Shown here: one piece after another, positions 40,341 through 53,161 of the stretch
How the letters are laid out: every line of letters begins with the position of its first letter
How positions within the stretch are numbered: position 1 is the first letter of the stretch
Assembly: GCA_910592345.1 (NCBI GenBank)
Contig: CAJVPI010000068.1
Span: 1-61,875 of the forward strand
Length of the DNA stretch: 61,875 nucleotides
Direction of reading: 5' to 3'
DNA from: Paraglomus brasilianum
Lineage: Eukaryota
Program-made: the position numbers and the translations under genes
Notes under the pieces: model-generated
The model's database searches: none
Told to the model about the DNA's origin: nothing
The model's input: only the letters and a program-made list of their open reading frames with translations

Positions 40341-43300
40341 ATGGAGCCCACAAACACGCGATATTACAATACTGCCGCGAAATACACTTGGCCACGCCGG
40401 CACCAACAGTTCGTGGACAGCACGTCTGGTTGTTTTGGAGGGCTGCTATACAATGAAACGGCTGCAAGAGGGAAAGAGTGGGAGTATTTGAACGAAGCAC
40501 TTGGAAGTAAGAGATTAACGTCCATAATCGTTAACATGAAATGGTTATTTACAAAGTCTCTCGTTGCACGAAATTAATATGATCCATCAACTAATTTATC
40601 TTTGTTCTAAAGAAAGCCGAAAGCTGAGCGCAACAGCACTTTCCCCCGTATACCAGGTCTTTCCTCACACTCGTCAAAATTTTTCAACTATAAGTGCTGA
40701 CAGAGCCAATGAATTTTCTGTGGTAAGCAAATATATTTACGGCATAATTGGAGAACTTTGTTTCTTTTCTGTTAATACAGTCAATAAAATGAATATGAAT
40801 TTGATGTTGATTCTGGCATTGATAAGCATAGACCAACTATCTGAAGGAGGAATGCCCTGGATTCGATTTTCCCATCGAAATGGTTACTGATCTCGTTCGA
40901 GAAAGCATGCTAAGTCAGATAGAGTGGGAGAAAAATGATCCATATCTGGGCAATCGAATCGCTTCCGGAACGTTTGATAATGGAAAGAAAAAAAAGAAGT
41001 TCCTCGCTTTTCCGATGGGGCTCCATGGGAGTGAGCTGAGTAGGTTGATTCTTAAATTTTATTACCACCGTCCGTTATAATATTTCTTATCAATGTCTGA
41101 TCGTTTTATTTAATGTAATATAAGACTTATCGCTACTCGATTGGAACGAGAGCGCCTATGATTCGAAATCCGATATAGACCAGTATGTATTGCAACCGTC
41201 AGCAGAACCTGTACTGCAATTTAAGGCTCCGATCAGGCAAATTGCTTGTTCAGAAGATTTTGGTTCAGCAAATCCATGTACGCAATTTGTCCTCTTCATC
41301 TCGCATATTATGATTGCAATTAATCTTTTAATTTTTGCAGGTTTGATGGCGGTGAGAACGACGACAGCAACAACGTTTCTGACACTCGTTCCAAAGGAAA
41401 AACGCGATGGTAAACGAGACTTTCCGCGTTCAACGAAGGCTATTGCGATAGATTCGGTTTCTAATATGGGATTGGCCGCAACATCAGAACACATGCATGT
41501 TACATTTAACCCGTTATTATACGGAGAAGCTGCCATTATTGATGGAAGTGGCAGCGTTCATATATGGAGAGCTATGTTACAAAAGAAAATTGCGTGAGTT
41601 ATTTCAGCGAGCGATCTTATTTCTTGCAACAATGAAATTAACGTTGTGTTCTTGTTATTGAATTCTGCTATTAGGCGGTTTGATAAATTTGAGTATAATC
41701 TTATCCAACTGTCAGATCGCTCCTGCGATACACCTCAGAAGGACTGGTGGGCTCGTTGCGAATATGGGGCGCACCCACAGTCGTTGTTTGTAGCTTCTCG
41801 AAGAGAAGCGAGCGTTCTGGACTTTAGGGTAAGTATACCTTTTTATGGTAACGGATTCTAATCCCGAAACTGACTATTCACAATCAGCAGACTCCATCCA
41901 AGACACATTCTTCCGCATTGTTTGTTTCAAAGCCAAACGAAAATATCTATGCATTCCAACGTTCCCCGGCATGGCATTCGTTTGAATCGGTAATAGCTAC
42001 AGACAAACGTGTTATCGTTCTCGATCAACGATTTCCAAAACGTCCCCTAATAGATTGGTTGTCGTATTATCCGCAAAACCCACCCGGAGGAATAGAAGTA
42101 ATATCAAATAATGACGGTAATATAACTAATAGAATGCGCGTATTCTTTACAACTTAACTCCCACCTAACTGCAATATATTCCTTCCCTAAGTCACTGTTG
42201 CAGTATGTTGGTCCGCCGTAAGTGCCAAGATCAACGCATTTACCTTTAACCGGACACCCTCGGGTACTATCAGCTCGCCGATAACTCCAACAGCTATCAC
42301 GTCCTTTCACCAAGACCCGCTCTTTCTTAAATCTCGCAATAGTATAGCTGATTGTGACTTTCTTGCAGAAAAGCAATCCCTCCCCGAAGAACTCATCTCT
42401 CCGAGTCTTCTTCCGCCGTTATCATCCGTCCTTCTCCTAAAAGGTCAATTAAAGATGCGCGATTTCTCCAAGGAAAAAAAACATCGCACGGGAAGAAATC
42501 AAGAAAAATTTAGGTTTAAGAGCGAGGAGGTTTGCAGCGTCCTGCAACTTACGAGCACTGGTGGAATATATGCTCAGGTAGTGCACTTTGGATTGGTAGA
42601 AAAGTTAGGAAGTTTGCAGCATACAGACGAAGAGAAGAACCGAGAATTATTTATTAAAAAAGAGTTTTCGAAAGAGCTATTAGATTTGGAGGCCAAGTCT
42701 TTAGAGGAAAAGGTTGAGAACAACAAGTTTCATCAATTATTACAATTTAATCGATTATGGGACTTTACAACTCGGGAGTTCAAAGGCTCGCTACTGACAG
42801 AATCTGATTTATCCGCATTAAATGGGCGTGCATCAGAACACGGCAGAGGCGAACAGCCTTATTCTACAATACAATCTCAACCCCAGTGCAATTCATCTTC
42901 TGTTCGATTTCCACAATCATCATGTCTTGCACCGAATTCATCATTCTTTCCTTTGTATCTTTCAGCCACCTTCGTTTCTTGGGATTCTCTCTTTTATTAT
43001 CTCAATAGTTATGCTCATTTTCATAACGTAATTTTACGTCCCTCATCATCTACTTATTCTCCTACCGGCTTCCTTACGTCTGTTCGATTTTATTGTGTTT
43101 TGTTGAAGTGTACATGGACGCTTGTTTGCAAAACTAACAAATCAAACGGGAACGTAGTTTTGACGCAATTTTGGGATATGCATAGTCACAAGCTAGAAAA
43201 TATAATAACAAATGACGATTCTTCTGTTAGCGATGAAGAGGCCCGTGAAAAGGATAAGAGCATTAAAGGTGTTAATAAAACCAAATACACCGGTTTAATG

Positions 43301-44429
43301 AAACGCTTCACGAAGAATTTGACGGGTACTAGACGATTTACAAAGGCTGTTACGCAGACAAGTGGCATAGAGTTATCAAAAGAGCAAGTTAATGAAGCCA
43401 GTCAAAGTGTGGGACATCCAGTTACTGCGTATCCTTGAATTTGGGAATTTTTCTTTGAGTATCAACATTCAATCATTTTGTTTCTCTTAACTCTTCTTGA
43501 TATTTATCAATAGCTTCGAAATAAGAAAATATTGCTCAGGCGACTCGATGCAACAATTCATATATGAAGACTCGGTAAAAAACTCTGACCGCACGCCTAT
43601 TGATTGGAATTATGCTGATCCAGGCGTATTTCTTGAGAATCTTCCGTCAAGAAATGAAAATTCTTTGTTTTTAGGTACTCTGAAGAATTTTGGCTTCCCA
43701 GTTATGGAAGACTGTGTTGCTCCAACAGTACAGACGTTAAGGGAAAACATTCAAGAAAACCTATGTAAAGCGTATATCGCGCCGATTACAGACGGCTCTT
43801 CAACTACATCAGCAAATGATTTGAAATTTCGCGAGTTTGCAATATCCGAAATCGCAAACGACCTTCTCCTGAGTCAGGAAATAATCAAACCATGGATGGG
43901 TAGCACGGATGAATACCAATACGTTTCTGATCTGTACCACTTTTCTAAACAAGTGGCCACTTCAGAACGGTGGAATGCGTCAGGAATTACGTTACGCAAA
44001 TCAGCATGCGATAAGGAGATAGAATGGTCTACAGCTACTCGATGGTTGATAGATGATTGGAAATTGGGTCAAAATTATCGGGATTACGTATTCGTGACAC
44101 CGAATAAGGCAAGGAAGGAGAATGGCGGACCTACGAGAGAGATGAGCGTTGGGAGTACAACAGATATATATGCTGATCTCCATCATAGTTTGGTAGATAT
44201 TTCAGCGTCAATTGGCGAAATAGTTAATACAAATAACGGTGAGAGAAGAGAGGTTATGATGGACGACGAGCTACTGATAGTTGAACCATCAACTGCTGGA
44301 TCTGCAATGGACGTGGGTATCATCGATGATGAGCGAACGCCAAAAGATATTACGACAGTTATAGCTACTTCTGAAAATCAGAAAAAAGAGAAACCAAAAA
44401 AGAAGAAACCGCGACGTATGGGATTTTAG
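40341..44429 (+). CDS. RRN6: RNA polymerase I core factor subunit Rrn6/TAF1C, multi-exon, includes a U12-type intron
   Basis: PIRQIACS, LMAVRTT, HMHVTFNP..GEAAIIDGSGSVHIW, CEYGAHPQSLFVASR, VIVLDQRFPKRPLIDW, VLQLTSTGGIYAQ, LIDDWKLG, C-terminal KKPRRMGF. Confidence 0.85.
43429..43513 (+). other. U12-type (minor spliceosome) GT-AG intron
   Basis: 5' splice site GTATCCTT, branch site TCTCTTAAC at 43483-43491, 3' TAG; removal gives in-frame ACT GC|C TTC GAA (TAFEIRKY). Confidence 0.85.
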
Positions 44430-44574
44430 AATATATTCAGACGCGTCTTTACACATTTATTGTAAGGTGGACAATTCTTTGCCTCTAATATACCTCCAAC
44501 AAAGTAATATAGCTTAGTTGTCCTGTTGAGAAAGTACGGGAAGTCGATCTGTCATATCTATGTAGTTTTATAAT

Positions 44575-46068
44575 TTAGGTAGACGAAAACATGCGACTGT
44601 AAATAGCCTTTTCTTTAGACTGATAACGACTTTGAGCACTTATTATAGATTTCTGGAGTGCCTTTAATGAAGTCTCCGTTGGTGCAATCTAGAAAACGGG
44701 ATTAGTAATGGGTATTAATTTTCTAAACTAGTCAAATTCTCTTATTTGTAGATAGCTGAATAAAGTATGAAATGAAACAACGAAAGACAACCTGCAAACC
44801 CTTTGTGATAGCATCAAGTCCCTTCTCGAATTCATTCATTCCCAAATAAGCTTGTCCTATTCGATAAATAACTTTGATATTGTCCGGGTCCTTTGATAAC
44901 ACCTGTTAATTCCCAGAGTCAGTCACGACTTTAGGCGCGCAAAAACTGTATTTATACGGATTGCCTTTACCTTACGACAATACTTTTCGGCATCCTTATA
45001 ATTCTGCTGGGCTAAGAAACAAGCGGCTATATTCGAACCCAAAGCTACTTCCATGTCTCGGAAAGTCTGATCGAAGACTTCTTCATCATTTGTTGACAAC
45101 TGTTGATCTGCTCTCTCATCTTCGATTATTTTGAGTGCCTGAAAATTAAGTTCACATTCAGAGTATTTTTTTTTTCAATGTCAGATCTAAAGACACCGAG
45201 TAACATACCTTTTCATAAAATGAAAGTGCTTCTTTGTAATCTTGGTTTTTGTAGTGGTCGTTTCCTTGTGCCTTCAATTTCGTCAATTTCAACAATTTAC
45301 GCGAAATAGAACTCTATTTTTTATTAGAAAAATATGTATTACTGTTCTCTTGAAGCGTCGTCATATAAAGATCACCTCGTTATTGTTACCTCTGAAAATT
45401 TTAACAACTCAACTTCGAATTCTAACTGACAGGTTGGCGGTATGTATGATGGAGATCCCACTTCTCCGTAAGCTTTCTTTCGCACATTCGACAGTTAATC
45501 AAGACAATGCCAAAGTATTGAAGCTTCTTTGTGAAAACTATCCGACTAGATCGACGCGGACTAACTCACCGTATTCCGGAGAAACAATCGCTTCGCATAG
45601 TTCCCCAACGCGCATACTCTTGATTATCAAGTCAAATCCTTTAATCAGCTGGCCTTTTTTTTTTTAAAGAATATGGGAGAAAATCATAAGAAAATATACT
45701 TTCACACCGATATAGCATGAACTTGTACCAACCAGTGCCTATTGATGCCGTAATTGGCATTCCATATTTCCCTCGCGTTGTTTCAATAATGTCAGCTTTT
45801 TCTGGCTTTGGGTTTTCTTTCTGATCTTTTTGACTCACTCTGCTAACATAATGGACTAACGCAGTGTTTTCTCAGTAATCATTCCATTGTTGATAGCAAT
45901 TTCGCCAAGCAATTAACTAGAGTATCTAAGAATTCTTACTGCGAATATACCAGTAACAACTGACAAGGGAGATGGAATAGGTCCATTTCCTTCACGGATT
46001 ATCCTTTTTTTGACACAATTGTCGGATGTCAGTGGCTTGTAATCATTTGGAACACTTTCTGATGACAT
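44575..46068 (-). CDS. FKBP-type peptidyl-prolyl isomerase domain plus TPR (Hsp90 co-chaperone type), multi-exon
   Basis: VKKRIIREGNGPIP..VVT|VHYV, GTG|QLIKGFDLIIKSMRVGELCEAIVSPEY|AYGEVGSPSYIPPTCQLEFEVELL, KAQGNDHYKNQDYKEA, SNIAACFL, DPDNIKVIYRIGQAY, KEKAIYSRMF. Confidence 0.9.
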
Positions 46069-46146
46069 GTCTGCTTGAAAGTTTTAACCGATGATCAACC
46101 GAGTATTTATGTAAATCACGAGATTTACATCCGCAGTCAATATTTA

Positions 46147-46530
46147 CCGCAACGTCGGATATCACAAATATATCTCTTGCTAGCCTTACGCCTCAGAGGA
46201 GATCGGATATCAAATATATCCCTCTTGCTAGACTTATGTTCCCCCAACTTAAAAAAAAAATTCTTTTAAAAAAAAAACAACAACCTCAAACCAAAGTCCT
46301 CATTTTGAATTTTTTTTTTTTTTGGAAAACAACAACGGCTGCCGTTCAATGAACATTAACTTTTTTAGAATCCGCAACGTCGGATATCAAATATATCCCC
46401 TTTACTTTCTTGCTAGCCTTACGCCTCGAAAGAAATAGACCATGAAGCGTTTTTAGAATCTGCAACGTGGGATATCGATCGATTCAAATATATCCCCCTT
46501 TACTCTCTGCTAGCCTTACGCCTCAGAGGA
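46147..46530 (+). repeat. Four imperfect ~35-75 bp repeats upstream of the FKBP-TPR gene
   Basis: ccgcaacgtcggatatc..aaatatat..cttgctagccttacgcctc at ~46147, ~46203 (partial), ~46371, ~46460. Confidence 0.85.
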
Positions 46531-47491
46531 ATCTCCAACTGCGACACTCATTCGTCCAGCAAGACCTGCTCTCTCCCTCAAGTGATTACAAGAAAGATCA
46601 CCCTGTCTATTGGATTGCATCTTTGCCATCAGCAACTAGTTGGTGTTCACATCAAGTCACCGAGGAATACCAGGCGGCGATAAAAGTAAGCCTTCGGCTT
46701 TTGGGGAAGAGGCCGCAAGACCCTTTGAGTCGTTCACTTACTTTTGTGGAAACATGCAGTACCAAATATACGACGGGCTGAGGGGTTTGCTTTCGAATTT
46801 GAGGCAGAAGATTTAACAGCGGTCAAACTGTCTAACAACAGACTGGAGAGGTATGCGCAGGCAGAGGCCGAGTTGGTGGGGCTACAAAAGAGTGCAGCGG
46901 AGGGAAGAAACGAGGTGTTGAAACGGTAATGGCCAAACGTCCAAACTACTTTGGAGTGGTTGGAATAGACTCTTAATGTGAATTGCAAGCCTTTTCTGGG
47001 TATTCAACGGAGAATGTTACAAACACGCGGTCTAATCGGTAACGAAATTACAGTATCATAGACCGCCGACCTTGGGATTTATAGACTCGGAGGACTATAT
47101 CGATAATTACCAGGGACAATTTATGAAGAATAATAATGTATTTCTGAGTATAGAAAACTACTCTTTTATTTTATTTAAAAATGATTATAATAATAAAGGG
47201 ACCAAAATTCATAATGAATCTAACGGAAAGTCGCACTTCTTTTAAATCTAATTAAGATGTCGTTTCTTACTATTATTCTTAGTGTGTGTGGCTACCATCT
47301 CTGTTGATTATAATTTTATACGTGACGGTTATTGTTTACGGACCATATCCGTTCGATAACCTTCTATTCTAATAACCCAACACTTATCCCCAAACCTTCT
47401 TGTAATGCCTGATACATATTGACTTATTTTGCGTTGGCTTAATCCTATCATTCCGACTGCATAATCTAAATTCTCCCTCCACGACGTGCAA

Positions 47492-47750
47492 CTATATCAA
47501 TAAACGACAGTCGTTCGCTTGAAATATTTTCCTTGGGACTAGAGCAAAAAAATCAAAGTCATCTCTGCCAAGAGCTTCATTGCTGTTTGATATTTTGTAC
47601 AAAGCCATTACGCTCAGAGTTCCGAAACAAAAAATTGGTATTACTCCATTGCTACAACCATTGATAAAAAATGCCATACCTTTATCGTGTAATCAATTCG
47701 TCCAGAACCTTTGTCTAACATTCACGTTGAGGCGTCCTGGAGTATTGGCA
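47492..47750 (-). pseudogene. Relic of a Crinkler(CRN)-associated C-terminal REase-like domain gene
   Basis: DKGSGRIDYTIK|gtatgg intron, GFVQNIKQQ*SS, DDFDF, PRKIFQAND resemble the GRVDYAIK...GFAQNIKQLESS...DDFDYLYGIVTT...PGKISQASD family common in Mucoromycota; contains stops and deletions. Confidence 0.5.
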
Positions 47751-47837
47751 AAACATATTACATCACGTGAATAATTAAAGGTCCGTGTCGGCTCTTTTCT
47801 CCAATACGTCTTTTGTACTAGTCACAGAATTTGTCCA

Positions 47838-48600
47838 ATGTCCTTCCGTAAAATAGACATCGACGCCTTAGACGAGGAGCAGTTATCAAGGGAGGAATTG
47901 TTTATATTCTCAAATGGGGTCGCGAATGGTCCGACTTTGGAAAGTGTCAAAAGTGGTGCAATAGACGTAAGGAATGCCCTGACTAGGTGAGTCGTCTGCA
48001 GCGAGGAACGAGGGGTGATGTGAACGTATATTTGAAACGTGTATAAAGTCGAAAAGATGAGTGACAATAGGCTTTTTCGTCGGAAGAGGTGATACGGCGA
48101 CAGCATTATCAATTGCTTTAGACAATCCACCATATGGGCTTGACAATGACGAGGCGAAGGTACCAATAGTTCCTAACTTCTGGGGAATTGGATTTTCTTC
48201 CATGAATTCTTTAACTATCAACTATCTGCTCACTCTCGTCTCCTGCCAAACAGACACAAAATACAAGAAGCGTCCTCGATGTCTTATCGTCAGTCAAAGC
48301 TAGTGACATTCCCGGACATGTGAAAAGCCTTTCGAGTGACCAACAGTTAGTGTTGATGAAGTATATTTATAAAGGTATGGCAGCACCAGAGACTGGACAG
48401 TCGGCAGTTCTGTTGAATTGGCACGAGAAGGTAAGGAGAAATTGGATATTTGAAGTGGGGGTTCGAAAAAAGACCTTGTATTGCAAGATGTTAATTGATT
48501 CGGTGTGTTCTTGTTCTTTACTCGTTTTTTTTTGTAGCTTACAGAAGTGGCAGGCGTTGGATGTATTGTACGCGTGATTACAGATAGAAAAACTGTCTAG
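47838..48600 (+). CDS. ARPC5: Arp2/3 complex subunit 5 (ARPC5/Arc15), 4 exons
   Basis: MSFRKIDIDALDEE, GDTATALSIALDNPPYG, LMKYIYKGMAAPE, SAVLLNWHEK|LTEVAGVGCIVRVITDRKTV*. Confidence 0.97.
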
Positions 48601-48969
48601 AGCATAATTCAAATTTATCAACTCTATATTATTTTCGTAATTTATGTACCAAGTCTTGTTCAATAAATTAAAAGGAACTTAATCCTTGGTCTTTATTAAC
48701 AGTAAGAGGAGGATTATACAATCGTACGTTTTGTACATGTTTTCAGGTGAAAAATGCCATGATCGAGCGACTTGGTAATTAATCTTCTTCTTTCAATGAT
48801 ATCTAATGTCTTGAACGATCTACTCAAATCTTGGCATTCTCTTAATACGTAAATCAATAAAACGATCCACGCCGAATCTACAAGTCAATCTTCTTTGTTT
48901 CCTTAATTACAGTTTTTGTGATATCATCATCTGTTGGCATCCAGCCAAGTTGCGAATTTATAAATTATT

Positions 48970-50166
48970 TCAAGTTCCAGGCCCATTTGCATCCATGAAC
49001 TCTCCAAATTCATTTGGTGATGGTGATCTCGAACGACGAGCCGAGGGAAGTTGCATTGTACCTTTTTGTAGTTTCTGTCTCATTGAAGCTGCGGATGGAG
49101 GAGGAGGAAGAAATGGTATGGATTCTACAAGGGTGGAGAAGGGATGTAGAATTTGAAATCACAGTGAGTGTAGGTTCCCGGAACTGTTAAGATGTAGAAA
49201 GGATTAAATTTATATACACGTACGATCGGGCCCAGAACTTGAACTTGTCTGTGCGACAGGACGTGATCGCCGCTGGGGATTCTGAGTAAATCAACAGGTT
49301 CTGTTAGTACAAGCGAAATCCCTCCTCGAGAACTTGATTCCAATACCAACTCTTCTTACCCCGCCAATATTAATGCTAATCGTCTCTCCTTCTTTCAAAC
49401 TAAAATCCATTTTCGGTAACGCAGCTCCTTCTTTTTCCTTCTCCACCCGTTCCTTGGTTTCATTCTCCACTTTCACATGCTTTACATGATCTTGAAGGGC
49501 AACTTGGAAATCAAACGCTTCGCTGCGTTCTTGAAAACCAATTCCAATAAATGCATGGCGACCTTTATCTTCAATTCGGAGTACAAAGTAGCGTGAGGAA
49601 TCGAGGACTGGTTCGACCGAGTTTGTTGCAGGATCATGGAGACATTCAGCGAACAGTTCGCCTTTAACGTATAGACGATATTAACAAGTGCCCATAAGAA
49701 GAAAGTCGGAGAAAGAAACTGTTATTTATTGATAGCAGAAAGACAATGAATAGATTCTTTGTTTTAATAATATTAAACCTGTTGTCGAATCCTCTAGCCG
49801 AATGAAGCATTTGTTGCCTTTTGCAAATACGCGTAGCCGGCCCTTCCATAAGAACGTGCCCGCATCTCCCCATTCTTGCGCTCTGTTAAAGTGCAATTAT
49901 TTCAGCAGCATTTCATAAATAATTGATTTAGTCATGTAACAAGTTGAATAGTACCGATATCCTCTGCTCGAAGTTCGTGGGGGAATGCGATACACTAGAA
50001 ATTGTGAGGCGTTGATAAATATTCAAGTTAAAACAATCGCATCGATCCGAGTTGCATTCGTAATAAAGATTTTTATGTATCGAATGGTCTGTTTTATTTT
50101 TTATTATCATTTTTTACCAAGACATTCTCTTATAACAAGCAGAACACTTTCATATTCTTCGTCCAT
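48970..50166 (-). CDS. NECAP: Adaptin ear-binding coat-associated protein (NECAP), multi-exon
   Basis: [106 protein letters not shown]. Confidence 0.96.
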
Positions 50167-50373
50167 GGTTTGGGTTCATGTAAATATTTGATAGCCATAT
50201 TAATCGGTTCTTTTAGTCCAAAAACGATTCCTTATTTAGCCAGTCAGCCACACAGAGATTCAAAAGATTTTAACTGGCGGGACTGTATGTAATACAAAAG
50301 TCATGATCCTGCATGGACGCACAAACACTTGTACCCCAATATATATAATGCAGTAATTCCAAACCTTCTCTCG

Positions 50374-51549
50374 ATGGATGATCAACAAAGCAAAATAATC
50401 AACGATTTAACAGCGGAGCTAAACAATTACGAAGAAAAACTTAATACTATATTCAAAGAATTAAACTGGGACATTGATACTATTACCGAATATGAGAAGG
50501 TATGGAATCTGGCTTGTTAAAGTTGTTTCGAGTGATATGAGCTAATACAAGTTGGTGAATAGGAGGCGAGTAATTTGGTAACATGCCCATTCGACAATGG
50601 ACACAAAGTGCAGGAAAAATCATATAAAGATCATTACAAAAGATGCGAACTAAAGTATCATGGAATAAAGGATGAAAAGAGAAAGGTTGGTATTTGTAGT
50701 TATAAGATTGAAAGCCATACTCTATTAGAGTATTGATTCTTCTAGTCACTTACAAGTTTTCCATGTGTTGACGCAATTGCTGACGTGCTTTATGTATACC
50801 AGAGGAGACAACTTCCAAGTTCACAGTTCTTTTATGAACAATCTCCAATTGTCATTTCTCTTGTGCAAAATCCAGGTTCAATTATTCGGTTTCTCATTTG
50901 ATCTCGTACTTGAGATATATGCTAATACCGTTCTGCATATAGCACCCGATGAATCATTCTCATCTGTTAGGCAACCACTTTCAGTTTCGCAGCGATTGGG
51001 TTCATATCTGGCCGACATCGACTTGTCCAATAAAATTAGACAAGAACAACATAAACCTGTGCGTGACGAGTACAAGGATTTTGATGAAGTATGGGAAGCG
51101 TTACAGAGAATGAAAGGTACGCCCCACAATAACGTTATTTTTAACAACGGAATGTGAAATATGATGGTGCAATACTTATTGTGGAATATTTGTATATTAA
51201 CGTACAGAACAACAGAATCAAGGGCAAAAATCTCGTGCTGAACTATTGGCTGAAATGAGAGACTATAAAAGACGAAGAAAGAGCTACAGAGCTAAGAATA
51301 TAAGTATAACAAATAGAACAGCAACTCAGGTATTCATAGAACATCTCTTTTTGATTTGTGAGTGGCATTGAACTCTGAGATTTGGAAACAGGTGCTAATA
51401 GTAAGTTCTTATCCACGAATGGACAGGTACATCATGATCTAATCGCAGCATTTACAGAGGATTATAAATTATTACATGAATTTGGGGATATGTTATTAGA
51501 TGCAGTAAGGGATGAGGGCCACAACGACAAGCATGTCATGAGTCGATGA
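50374..51549 (+). CDS. SNRNP48: U11/U12 snRNP 48 kDa protein (minor spliceosome), multi-exon
   Basis: CHHC zinc finger CPFDNGHKVQEKSYKDHYKRC, SSQFFYE, signature ELLAEMRDYKRRRKSYRAKNISIT. Confidence 0.92.
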
Positions 51550-52337
51550 AATAAAGAGTAGAACATTGTTGGCCAACAAGACTATATAACTTGTAGACAC
51601 TACTGATGGAACACATATCATTCTCCCTTTAGTCCCATCACGTGATAAAAATATTTAACAGGTATTGAGCCTTGCTCTATATAGTAAAAAAGTCTAAAAA
51701 AAGAGCAACTATCTTGGACGTGAAATTTGTGCCTTTCATAAAGTTAACATGCCATGTACTCGATATCAAGCTGAGATTACAGCTCATTTTATGCTAAGTA
51801 TGACTTAACATTGATCGGACATTGAAGGAGCGGCCAAAAATTTTTTTAAAACATTGTCGATTTAAATTTCATTTGTTAGAAGAGGCAACAAACGAGCAAG
51901 TCTGATTACGAAAATATATATTAATATTATTATCATGAATAAATTTTGTGTGACTCTCCACAGACGCATGGTGTGACTAAAGAGTATGCATAGCTTATCT
52001 CTTCTTTGAGATTTTTACTCGAATAATTCGTGTCAAACCCTCTTATATTATATAAACGCGTAATTTTTTAATACACATACGTAATTTTTTATCCTAATAA
52101 TATAAACCCGTATTTGTATAACGATCTAGCTTATGCTTAAAATTTAAAGCAAAGTAAGGGCGAATCTGTATAATAGTCTCGCCCCCACCAGCCGCCCCGC
52201 ATTGTGTAACGAAGACTTTTGAATGATTCATAGCTCCTATGTAAGAGATTGAAGAAATAATATTTTTTTTTTCTATCTTATAACATGTTGTAGGCTCTTA
52301 AAAGATTTTTATTTCCAGTGGCGCCCAATATTGACAT

Positions 52338-52889
52338 CTAGACTTCATCCTCAGTAAGTAACATGTTGGGTATCCCATCCATGATGGTATAAACGTGATT
52401 GCAATTGAGACATGTCATCTTGCCTTGCTCAATGTGTGTCTGTAAAGAAAGAAGAGAAAAAAGCATTGTAAGATGGAGGTAATGATAGTAGATATCACGT
52501 GGCGAACCAAATAATAATCAGACTTACTTCCAGCAAGGTGTGGTGAAGTGTCCTGAGAAAAGCCTCGTCAATCTGTTCTGGCAGTTTCTCCGGAAGACTC
52601 GCTAATCCGAGCTATATAAGGCAGATTCATGTCAGTACAAAATGTTTACTATATTTGGAAACTGTAAATCAACAAAGTTATGGCCTGCACAAACTAATAC
52701 CACACCGACCTCAGCAGCAGTCTTGACGAGACCATCCCACTTTAATTTCGACAACATGTTTCTTAAAAATGGTTCATTGAATTCAGTTTCATGAATTCTA
52801 ACGACAGTCTCCGAAAATTGTAAAGGGGAGTTTTTTACGGTACATCCCTTGACGTGGCATTGAAGCATATTATGAGTGATTAAACGCAT
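52338..52889 (-). CDS. TRM112: Methyltransferase activator Trm112, 3 exons
   Basis: MRLITHNMLQCHVKGC, EFNEPFLRNMLSKLKWDGL, FLRTLHHTLLE|THIEQGKMTCLNCNHVYTIMDGIPNMLLTEDEV*. Confidence 0.97.
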
Positions 52890-53161
52890 GTTGTTATATG
52901 TATATATCTGTATATAGGGGCGGCAGTGTTTTTGTGGGGGGCGATAGATACTAATAGATGATGAAGAGGAATATCGAGAAATCAAAGCCAGAGGTTCAAG
53001 TTTATATAGATTTTTTTCGGATCAGACCTTATTATTGTTACACGTATGCTGTATGTCATCATAGACATTGTTTAAATTATTGACTTGATTCTTATATTAC
53101 TGCACACCTTACACAACATCAACGAACGAACAAGCAACTCCCGGATATTAACGACATTGAC

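Noticed and set aside
42140..42203. Second U12-like donor GTATTCTT in RRN6
   Set aside because: It is phase 0 while the available acceptors need phase 1; the U2 donor G|GTAATA at ~42116 restores the frame
46147..46530. Possible CRISPR array
   Set aside because: Repeat length and spacing are irregular, copies are divergent, and there are no cas genes in this eukaryotic context
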